From: Jimgerdemannia flammicorona
Lineage: Eukaryota
Length of the DNA: 37,746 nt
Assembly (NCBI GenBank): GCA_003990765.1
Contig: RBNJ01000183.1
Span: 1 to 37,746 of the forward strand
Reading direction: 5' to 3'
Under the pieces are notes generated by a model. The model did not search any database and had not been told where the DNA came from. It saw nothing but the letters and a program-made list of their open reading frames with translations. The position numbers were made by a program, and so were the translations under genes. Shown here one piece after another: positions 1-10,376 of this stretch (position 1 is the stretch's first letter; each line of letters opens with the position of its first letter).

Positions 1-670
1 TTTTTTATAATCACTTGGACTTCTTCTTTTATTAATACACCTGTCTATCATCTATATAATACACAGTGCCCACCCCTATCTAATCCCCCTAGGGGGCTCT
101 CTCTCTCTCACCCTCTCTTAATGAAAGACCATTTTGTCAAACACTATCTCCATCTGCCCACTACTCTGTTCACAGATCACTTCTACCAGATGGTAACACC
201 ACCCACTCTGGAGACCTTAACCAACCCACCACTCTGTCAGCAGATCTCCCAATAACTCCTCTCATCTTAATAACTTTTCTTATATATCTATCTGATGTCC
301 TTTCTTGGAAACAAAGAGCTAATGTCTAGCCAACCCTATCTATACTACTAAAACCCACTCTATAGTGAGCCAACCATTGCTAACACCTCCTACTAATCAA
401 GATTTCAAATCCTTCCAGTGACCTCTCTCTCTATCTGACCTCCTCTCTATATCTAGTCAGTCCCCTACTACTATTCAAAAATTCCCCAGAACCTCACACT
501 CTCTCAGCCAATGTTCTGGCATTTGCACAAATCCCCCAACTTGCCCTATATTATAATACTCCTTATAATCTAATCAGCCACCATCCACCAGATGCTCAGT
601 ATGAAAATTCAACATAATATTCCTCTATAGCATCTGCTATTATACCACCCAGAACTTGGGAAGAATCTAT
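1..670 (-). mobile_element. LINE D: 5'-truncated 3' fragment of the L1/Tx1-like family (ORF2 C-terminus, 3' UTR, poly-A tail)
   Basis: The reverse complement ends ...AATAAAAGAAGAAGTCCAAGTGATTAT(A)6, matching the tails at 24790-24814, 23247-23299 and 37725-37746. It aligns by eye to 24140-24810. The truncation point at about 665-670 is approximate. Confidence 0.9.
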
Positions 671-1109
671 ATACAAATTAAGTTATCTGCCAAAACTACA
701 TAAGGAAACTAATAAATTACCAAATTATCACATATAAGGAATCTGCCACACTATACAGAGAGCATTATACTATATAAAGATCATTATGCTAGAAATCACA
801 TACTTTTGGAGATTGCTGTCACTTAAGAAGAAAAACTGCTAAATTGTTAGATCATCCTATATAAGGAATCCACTTACATTATATAGAGATCATTGTATTA
901 TACTAAATTATCTACTATATATAAAATTACTGCTATATCTAGAGAACTGACTCAATAAGGAAATCAGCATACAAATTTCTCACAGATATCTAGCTTTAAC
1001 TATTATATCACTAAATATTAAGAACCTCAGAAATCTCAGAATATTTATTACTTTTAACAAAGTAATTGAGAGCTCAAGTCAAACTACATCAACTTCCAAC
1101 CTTATAATT

Positions 1110-2760
1110 TATCTCTATTGAGCCAGGTATGTTATATTTGGGGGCTCAACTAGAAAGATTTCAAAATTGATATAACTTTTCAGCTCGCAAGAACCCACAG
1201 TCAAACTGGACACATTTGATATAACACCAATTTCTGCCACTATAGGAGAACTAGTTATCACTAGTATCTGGATAGAAAGAGAAGTAATTATCTCAAGACT
1301 TGCCAACTACACAGTATCAGAAGAATCCTAATCAAAAACTAGTATAGCCTAAAATCCTCAATCAGATTAATTAGACAATATAGGTAACCCTATTGAAAAC
1401 TTTGAAGAACTTAGCCAAGAACTAGAAGATCTCATTATATAAGTCTGAAATCCTACAGCCAGATTTCCCATAGCAGTTCTACCAATCTCACCTATTGAAC
1501 CTTTACTACTAGTCCTTGTAGAATTAAAAGTAGCTCTTTCAAGAATACCTAGACTCATTCTACTTCACTTAAGATTCAGAACACTATTCCCAAGATATCT
1601 AAGTACTCTCATCTCTAGTGATAGTTCAGAAAGTGAATTAGAGTCAAAATCTAAATCAGAATCTGGACCAGAATCAAAATCAGAAAAAAGTAATAATGAA
1701 ATGACCACCTCACTGCCAACCTTTGCAGGATATCCAAAGAAAGATCCTAAAGAATTCCTTGATAGAATCAAGGAAATTGCAGCTCTGAGAAATCTCTCAG
1801 ATAAAAGAAAAATTGTCATCTATAAGGCCTAGTTTAGAGAACTAGTTAGAGGAATTTTCCACTAAACAATAATTGACCCACACTCAGAACTGGCAATACA
1901 AATATAAGCAGCAATATTCTATAAGCTAGAATATATAGCCATGGTCCACTGGCTCATTGAAAAATATACAGAAAATGAAACCCACTATAAGGCTCAAAAA
2001 TCCATCATAGAGATGAAGATGAATCTTAAAGAATCACTTAGAGCCTTCTTTATAAGAATTCAGAAGAGAATATATGCAGCTGAGTTCAATGCCACCAATC
2101 AAGATATTATAGGTCTAATGATCTTCATGAATAGGATTCCTCTAAACATTATCCAGTATGTCTGTATCCTAGGTATCAAAAGGTCCAAAAAGCAAGTAGA
2201 TGCAGCCTAAGGATTCTTTAATATCAGATAAGAAACTATCTAGAGTAACTATGATAAGAAGGATAATAAAGAAGACATTCTGGTCAAAGCCCTATAAAGA
2301 CTTCTTCAAGAATAAGAGAGATCTAAAGAAAGAAGATCAGCCAAAAAAAGAAAGAAAGACAGAAGTAAAATTCAAGACTTCAGTTCCAAGTTAGACCAAT
2401 TGGTTGGATAGATTAAAAAACTCACCACATGTAAAAATCAGAGTTATCAAGACAACAGAGAATACCCACCTCAGAGGAGTCAAGGTTATCTACTAAGAGA
2501 TAATAGGAACTATCAGTAAGAGGAAAGAAGATACTCTGCCCAAGATAGACTCTAAGTCCAATACTTTCACTATAGACAATTTGGACACTATACCACTGAA
2601 TGTAACAACAAAAGAAGTGACTGAAGAGACTCAGAACTACCAAATTGAAGAAATGATACTCAGTATAAGAAGACTGAAGTCCATTCTGTTGAAGATTTTG
2701 AGGAAGCAAATAACAGTGAAGACTACAATGATCTAGACTTATACTCTACCAAGGTTACCA
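1110..2760 (+). pseudogene. gag: Ty3/Gypsy gag with a long N-terminal extension
   Basis: From 1701 the frame reads MTTSLPTFAGYPKKDPKEFLDRIKEIA, typical of a Ty3 capsid start. An eroded zinc knuckle YFHYRQFGHYTTEC at 2562-2603 has CX2CX4HX4C spacing with TGY->TAY changes. The same frame extends about 200 codons upstream with stops. Confidence 0.75.
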
Positions 2761-3199
2761 CCTGAAGAATAGTCTACCCAGTAGAGAAAAGGAAGAGATC
2801 TATAGAAAGGTCATCCAGAAATATCAGCAGAAGAATTATCCAAGAAGAAGATGAAGAATATGAAGAAGAACAAGTAGAAATATCTCTCAGACTCTCTTAC
2901 CTTTTGCCTCCAAGACAAATTAGCAGCTATCAGAGAATGAAGAAATAGAGTATGAAGAATGAGAACCTATTGCCCCAAAGCCCAAGAAGAAGTATATCCT
3001 GAAGATTATACCCAGAGATATCTATAATAAAGTCTGGCAGAAGATTCAAGAAGCCAAGATAGAAGTCTCTCTCTTACAGTTCTTACAACTAATACCAGCT
3101 GGAGTCTAAAACAAATTACTGAGGACCATTAGGTCCAGCACTGGCTGAGTCTCTATTCCATAGCAAGAGCCAGCTCCCATACTCACCCAAGCTGCAAAA

Positions 3200-3580
3200 A
3201 TACATGTCAGTACCTATCTACATAAAGATATTAGAGAACAAAAGGTGAAAATTCTCATAGATACAGAACCAGCTATCTGTATCATTGTTAAATAATTTCT
3301 GAATACCCTCTAATAGCCCATTGATGGACCATCTAACCTCAGCATTATAATAGCAGATAGAGCCCAAACTCAACTTCTTGAAGAAGTATAAAACATTACT
3401 ATCTCCCTTAAACATATTCAGTTCTCTATCTTAAAAGCTATTATTACTAAAACTGTTATCTATAATATGATTCTTAGTACTAACTAGATGAAGGAAATGA
3501 ATGCAAGTAATTGATATTGGTCAATAAGTACTTAAGTTTGACTACTGAGATAAGAAGTACAGAGTTAAGATAATCAGCTA
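3200..3580 (+). pseudogene. Ty3/Gypsy aspartic protease
   Basis: KVKILIDTEPAICII at 3242-3286 corresponds to LIDTG with GGA->GAA. Downstream, YNMILSTN*MK corresponds to the D-x-I-L-G-x-D-W motif. Confidence 0.8.
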
Positions 3581-4865
3581 TAAGTTATTAAAGAAGAAGA
3601 AGAAGGTCACTATCCAGGAAAAATATGCTAGTAGTGAAGAATCTACCATAGAAGAGAAAGAAGAATCTAAAGATGGAAATAATCCCAGACTCAATCCCCA
3701 AATCAATCTGATAGATGACAGGTCAGAAGATAATGTGTGGACTAAGAACACTGTTCCCATTACTATTAGAGCCATTGCAGGAGAAATCAAAGAATGCCCT
3801 ATCTGTCTCAAGAGATACAAGTGTCCCAAGTACTCTTCTAAGATCATTGGGATAAGGAATTTGCCTGGCACAGTCTGCCCTAAGTGCAAGAGAAAGAAGA
3901 AGAAATACAGACATATCTCAGAGATACCTATAGCTGAAGCTACTGAAGTATAAGTAATTTGGGGTCAAGAATCATCTGAGGAAGAAGAAATCCCTAAACA
4001 GGAGATTTCTGAACAAGAAGTATCTGAAGAAGAAGAGATTCCTGAACTCATTCTCTAAGATAATTCTCACTGAATACTATCTGAAGATAATAACTCTTGG
4101 AATATAGAAGAAGGACCCAGTACAATTCTCATTATTCCTAAGAAAGAAACTTATTATGAAAGGGCTTTTTAGCTAGGAAGATGTCCACACTAAATAGTCT
4201 TCTACTCTCTCCAAGACTACTACTATCAGTACCATCTACTAGATCAGTAAGAAAGACAGAGACCTCAAAGACTAGAACCCCTGGCTATAGTTGTATAGTT
4301 AACTACTTTCTAAGAAGTTACTATCAAGTTACAAAGTTGATTTAGAGGATAAGGTCTCTTCATCTGAACAGAAGTATACCTCTTGTTCACTCTTCCCCCA
4401 ACTTATGACTAAGATAGATACTGATTCCCAAAACAAGAAGAGTTCAATAATCAGAAATAGCATTCTCAAACAATGGAATATTATAACTATAGAAGACATC
4501 CAGACTGCCAAGACTATAGATATCAGAAAATTTACCTCAGTTATGATATGGTGATCCATACCTTGAAGAGAGGAGATAATAGAGACCAGATCTGAAAAAG
4601 CCAGACCAAGAAGCCAGAAAGAAGGACTCTCAAGATCTATGATTTAAGAGAAGACATCCTAGCTCTTATCAGATATGCAACCTATTAAGGATGGGTAGAA
4701 GATGCCACCAACTTCATAGAAGCCCTAGACCTTATAGAAAGAAGAGAAATCAACTATCTCTGAGACCCCTCTATATGAACCAGATGGCCACATCTCAATC
4801 TCAGAGCCTGAAGGCTCTCTGCTAGTAGAGCTTCAGCCCAAGAAGAGCCCAAACTCAGTAAGAAT

Positions 4866-5279
4866 ATTATCCAGTATGTTCTGCTATATTTTAAGACCAA
4901 ACCTCTAACCAAAGCTCACTCAGAAGATATAGAATATGATCTTCACAGTCTGGAGGATGAATCCATTAAGCCTGGAAGAATATTCATAATCAGAATCAGA
5001 CTAGTTATGTAGCTACCCTAAGAAACTTACATTCAACTAATCTCAAGATCTGAACTTACCAGATAAGGAATAACTGTAGAAGAAGAAACCATTGATTTAG
5101 AATATACAGGTAAAATTAAGATCATCCTGCATAATAATAGTATAGAATAGTACTAAATTATGAGAAGACAGAAGATTGCCCAAGCAGTCTTTATAAAAGT
5201 TAAGACTCCACAATTACAAGAAGTCTATCAACTAACTGAAGAAACAAGACAAGTCAAAGGATTTGGAAGCTCAGACAAG
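4866..5279 (+). pseudogene. dut: dUTPase domain within Gypsy pol
   Basis: One frame with 5 TAA/TAG stops contains all five trimeric dUTPase motifs in order: KAHSEDIEYDL (AGYDL), ISRSEL (RSG), ETIDLEYTGKIKI (GxIDxDYxG), QKIAQAVF, and TRQVKGFGSSD (RGxxGFGSTG). Confidence 0.9.
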
Positions 5280-5699
5280 AAGGAAATATATCTCCTTTAA
5301 GTTAATTATCTCAAGAGAAATATTCTCTAGCAAGTATACCACCAATCAGTCAAACTGCATAAGAATCTCATTCTAGAGCCTAGAGAACAAATGATCTTTG
5401 AAATCTTTATACCACCTAATCCCAGAAACCTCTTCTTTGAACCTAATGAAGATATCTCAAACCTGGATATAGAAAGATACACCTTTTCTAACAAAATAAA
5501 CCCAGTATACTTCTGAGCAATCAACCAGAGTTGGGAAACTATTATCTTATCAAAAGAAACTATTATAGAATATTTGATATCTTTTATCAATCAAACTCAT
5601 AAGGAAGTTTATGAACTAAACTTATTGAGAAACAGCAAAAGGTCCCAGAAGAAAGGAAAGGCCCCTCTGTGACCCAGGAGACAGTGAGGCCTTCTACTA

Positions 5700-6746
5700 A
5701 TATTGGAGAAGAATTGATACCCCAGTAATAGCAACAACTAGTAGAACTCCTCAATAAATATTAAGATTTCTTTACTACCAATTATGGAAATCTGCCATAC
5801 AATCTATCATATTACTATAGTATAAATATAGAAAATACAATACTCATCTGGCAGAAATCCTATAGAATACTCTATTATCTAAAGATATTTGAAAAGGAGC
5901 ATATTTAAGAACTCTTAAATAATGAAGTCATCTGACTCTCAATCACTCCTGGGCCAGCCCTATACTTATTATATTAAAGAAAAGAGGATAGAGACTCTGC
6001 ATAGATTACAGAAAACTCAATTCAGTCACTAAAAAGAATGTCTATCCTTTGTCCAGAATTGATGATCTCTTGGACTAGTTATAAGATATCAGATACTTCA
6101 GCAGTATAGACCTTTTTGCAGGATTCTATGAGATTCTCATAGACCCAAAAGACATTCAAAAGACAGCTTTTCTTACTCTAGAAAAACTGTTTGAATATCT
6201 CTGAATACTCTTTGGACTTTGCAATATACCCCCCATCTTTCAGAGGATGATAAATTTGGTCTATGTCCTTCTGATCTACCACTGCCTGATTGTATATATA
6301 GATTATTCTAACATCTATTCAGCAAATTTCAAGAAATACCTATACTATCTAAAAGAATTCTTTAAGCTTATCTGCAAGAACCACCTGAGACTCAATGTCA
6401 AGAAATGCTATTTCAGAAACAGAAACTTGAATTCCTTAGATTCATAGTTTTGAAAGAAAGAACCTATACAGACTCAAAGAAAACTGAGAAGATCAACAAT
6501 TGGCTAGTACCTAAGACCCCAAAGAAAACACTATAATTCCTAATACCAGTATCCTACTATAGAAGATTTATCAAGGACTTTGCCCAAATTGCTGCTCCAA
6601 TCTGAGTCCTTCTCAAGAAAGAAGTATCTTATAAATGGATAGAATTACAAGAGAAAGCCTTCAAAGAACTCAAGAACTGTATAACCACAGCACCAATCCT
6701 TATATCTCAATCTATAGAAGTCATTCATCTTATATATAGATATCTC
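5700..6746 (+). pseudogene. pol: Ty3/Gypsy reverse transcriptase and first residues of RNase H
   Basis: Motifs seen: SPWASP (frameshifted), RLCIDYRKLNSVT, YPLSRIDDLLD, KTAFLT, FGLCNIPPIFQRMIN, VYIDYSNIYS (YxDD damaged), SYYRRFIKDFAQIAAP, then FILYIDIS. Confidence 0.95.
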
Positions 6747-6889
6747 TATAGCCCTCCTTTCTCTACTACAATTCACATTACACACACTTTTACAACATAT
6801 TTTCAAGTCATTTATTGGAGAAAGATATTAAGACAATGTCAACCAGTAAGCAAGCAGATGCATATACTAGTAGTGCTCTGAATGAATGG

Positions 6890-7028
6890 AGTTGATCTGG
6901 ATGAGATTTGATTCAGGTTCATCATGTGATGTATTCAAATCAACTTAGATTGGTCTCATGATCTGATCTGGATTGATCTAGATTGATCCAGATTGATCTA
7001 TCCAGATTAATCTATCTGGATTGAAATC
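6890..7028. repeat. hAT left subterminal repeats (GATC[T/C][A/G]GATT units)
   Basis: Reiterated gatctggatt / gatctagatt / gatccagatt just inside the TIR. Confidence 0.75.
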
Positions 7029-7301
7029 TTTAGTGACATCACTCTTTCTTTTGTTCATTTCACTCTTGTTTTTTTTTCCTACCACACTTTGGTGATATCA
7101 CCCTTTCCTTTGTTCCCTCTCTATTCTTTGTTCTTTTTCTTTATTCTTTCCTGCTGCATCACGAGCAAATAAAACAACAGCCCTTAATTCATATGTTGGT
7201 CCAGTCTACTCATTTTTTACCCTACAATGATTGTTAAAAGAGGGAGTATTTGAGATGGAAATACACTCTCTGCTGACAATGTTAGATTCTTTCTTATATA
7301 G

Positions 7302-9360
7302 GCAGCATACAAGCTGCTCATCGAGAGCCAAAGGAGTGATGGTGGTGGCAATGGTGATGATGATGGCAATGCAACAGTGATGGCAGGGATGAGGGTGAAT
7401 TCTGGCAACAACTCACAGTAGCCCTTCAGACCTCAGAATTCACAGACCTCATAGCTATGTATGCAGCAGCCTTTTTGGAGCAACTGGTAGTAGTTGTAGG
7501 TTGCTTTTTTCTGCCACTACTTTTTACTTGTTTAAATTCCCCCAGTATAACCTAATTCATCTCATGCTCTTCTTAGGATCCACAGCTCTATAGCGAGATC
7601 TGCTGACTTTATTCACAATATCTGATCAAGATAAAGAAAGGTTGGAGGATATTGTAGGGCATGCTTTTGGTGGCTGAGCTGTTGAGTCAATGCATTGTAT
7701 AGTGGAGGTCTCAAAAGGAATAGAAGTAAGCCTTCATGAGCAATCTTGTGTAAATTGTGCAACTTGTCAGTGTATAACTCATTGGCATGCAGCCTACTCA
7801 CTTACTCACTCATGCTCTTTTTCTGAAATACCCATCTCTGTGTTTTATTTAATTTTATTTTTTACATGGTCTCCTCCTAAAAAACACCCACACCTGTATA
7901 CAATCTATCTGTACACAATCTGTCTGCATGTAACCCATCTGCATACTTATCTTGGTCCCTCAGATCAGAGCTCAGTTCCATTGGAAAGGAGAGTTCAAAG
8001 TTACCCAAGTTCAACCATGTCTGGCATCTGATCAAATAGAGAAATTTGAGGGCAAGATGTTTAGCATAAGTATGTAGTACCAGTATTGTCATCAAGGCTT
8101 GGGGGTCTATATTCGAATCAGAGCCAATTATTCTCGACCAAGGGGTCTATTGGCCAGCAGGAGTAACCAATGATGAAGAGAACCATATATTTATTAATGA
8201 ATGTGGAGAGGTGGTTGTGATGGTGGTAAGGAACCTCTATAGTGATGAGCTTCGCCACCACATCAATGAGATTTGTGAGAATTGTATCAAATACTGAGTA
8301 GCAGAAAAGAGGGGGCGAAAAAAGCAAGGAGGGGAGGTTTGAATGAGAATTGGGTATACTGCAATACTGGCAAAGAGTGGGTTCTGGAGTTCCAAAATCC
8401 CCTGCACTCATCTCTCTTTTTTTTTACTCCTCTCCAGATAAATCACACTCTTCACTAACATACTCTTTTTGATACAAATTCAGGAATGCACAAGATTCTA
8501 TACCTCTACCAGAACTTTAGAAGTGCCATCGAAGAGCAAACTGCATGCAAGCATGACACAGCCTGTGCAGCGATGGTGGCTATGATCTGGGATTCTTTGA
8601 GCAGATTAGTAGAGCATATGATAAGCCAGCTTGGTGGTGATCTCAGTATGGTTGTACATACATTCTTGGCACAATTTAGCATACCATATGAGATGAGGAG
8701 CTCTGCTTTTTTGGGGTGCTGCAGCCTGGAGAGTTTCTGCAGCCTGGGGGATTTCTGCGGCCTGAGGGGTTTCTGCCCTCTCATATGTAAAAAGGACTAA
8801 CCAGTTGCCATCCATTTTGGCAGGTTTCCAAGCCAGGGCTCCCAGGACTGGACCAAGAGCAGGCATCTACCAGCACAGCCTGGCAGTATGAGGTCCTGGG
8901 CCAAGGGTTCACCCAACTGTATGCTCACATCACATCAGGATATGCTGGGCACAACCTTTCTCTGCCCATATACACAGACAACAATATCACCCTAGTAATG
9001 TTTTACATCCCAGAAAGGAAGGGCTCAATCTGGGAGAATAGTGGTAGAGTCTGATATGACCTCACCTATAGTTTAGGGGTCTCATTTGTGGCCAACACAG
9101 CTGTCTACATAACTACTATAGCACTATCACCTTTGAGGAGAGCTCAGACACAACAGTTATTGTACTTACAATAGATGATAGGCTCATCAAGACCTGGGAC
9201 CAGCAGGTGGAACAGTTTTTGTGAGAGTTAGGCAATCTTTTGTGAGGAATAGACAGTCTTATATAAGGGTTAGGTAGTTATTTTATATAGATTGAGCAGT
9301 CTTATGTAGAGGGTTGGGCCAGGCACCTCTTCTGTAGCACTAGCTTAGCCATTATGTAGG
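7302..9360 (+). pseudogene. Spliced cargo gene inside the hAT; putative TET/JBP-like 2OG-Fe(II) dioxygenase
   Basis: Exons about 7302-7495, 7577-7725, 7964-8376, 8484-8692 and 8824-9360. Intron phases are compatible for 7726-7963, 8377-8483 and 8693-8823 (last donor eroded to AT). Branch points CACTAAC at 8453 and GACTAAC at 8795. Translation includes MRIGYTA, AMIWD, GYAGHNLSLPI[Y]TD, ANTAV, [YS]T, VIVLTIDDRL. Gene start and end are approximate, and the functional call is from motif pattern only. Confidence 0.6.
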
Positions 9361-9476
9361 ACCCTATCAGCCCCTTGGCCCTGCTCTGTAGTGCTGCTGA
9401 TACAGTGCTGCGGTGTAGGACCAGGGTGTCTGTGGGACCCAAACCAGCAATGGGGCCCAAATCTATAGTAGACTCC

Positions 9477-9556
9477 GACCACTGGAAATGCCCTCTGACT
9501 ACCAGAAGTACTCTCTGACTGCCAGAAGCACCCTTCAACTGCCAGAAGCACCCTCT
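9477..9556. repeat. 20-bp tandem repeat, 3-4 copies (GACTGCCAGAAGCACCCTCT)
   Basis: gactaccagaagtactctct / gactgccagaagcacccttc / aactgccagaagcaccctct, plus a diverged upstream copy. Confidence 0.75.
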
Positions 9557-9569
9557 GCCCCAGACTCCT

Positions 9570-10260
9570 TGGCAGCTTGGGGCTGCCCCTATGCTGCTAG
9601 CAGAGGGCCACAAATTTTGCACACTCCCTCTATCTACCCTACCTATCCTGGACACTTGTAGCTTGGGGCTGCCCCTTGCTGTCAGCAGAGGGCCGCAAAT
9701 TTTGCATGCTTCCTTGCCAACCCCATGCCCACCAACCCTGCCAACCCCATGCCCACCAACCTTGCTGACCAACCCCACCCATGGACCTGGGCACTGACAG
9801 CTTGGGGCTGCCCCTTGCTACTGGTGGAGGACCACAAATTTTGTATGCTCCCTCCACCTGCCCCACCCATCCTGGACACTTGTGGCTTGGGGCTGCCCCT
9901 TGCTGCCAGTGGAGGGCCATAAATTTTGCATGCTCCCTCTACTGACTCTGTGCCCACCAACCCCACTGACCAACTCTGCCCACTTATCCGGGCACTGACA
10001 GCTTGGGGCTGCCCCTTGCTGCTGACAGAGAGCTGTAAGTTTTGCACACTCCCTCTATCACCCCCCCTGACTGGGATACTTGTGGCTTGGGGCTGCCCCT
10101 TGCTACTAGTGGAGGGCCACAAATTTGGTATACTCCCTCTGCCGACCCACCCACCAACCTGGGTACTGACAGGTTGGGGCTGCCCCTTGCTACTGGTGGA
10201 GAGTCACAAACACTGCACACTCTCTCTACCACCAACCCCACTGACTGCTGCCCACTTAGG
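9570..10260. repeat. GC-rich tandem repeat of about 85 bp, 7 copies, core GCTTGGGGCTGCCCCTTGC
   Basis: Cores start at about 9576, 9662, 9801, 9886, 10002, 10086 and 10173 (spacings 86, 139, 85, 116, 84, 87). Confidence 0.9.
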
Positions 10261-10376
10261 CCATAAACTCGGGGCCAAGTTCTCAGGGTTTTTTACCTTT
10301 TTATTATTTTTGAAAGGTATTAAATATTCCACAAGGCCAACCAACTTATTTGCAAACCCCCAGAATCAACTGAATT

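Noticed and set aside
671..1100. Gypsy 5' LTR
   Set aside because: No visible similarity to the 3' LTR starting at 26789, and no PBS identified.
1115..1819. Three minus-strand ORFs in the same frame (also many antisense ORFs over the LINEs and Copia)
   Set aside because: They are antisense shadows of the eroded plus-strand coding frames.
8710..8780. 18-bp repeat x3 as coding sequence of ORF 8486-8800
   Set aside because: It falls within the predicted intron 8693-8823 (branch GACTAAC, acceptor CAG at 8821-8823).
9570..10260. CRISPR-like array (palindromic repeat with variable spacers)
   Set aside because: The linkers are homologous to each other and alternate, unit lengths vary from 84 to 139 bp, there are no cas genes, and the context is eukaryotic.
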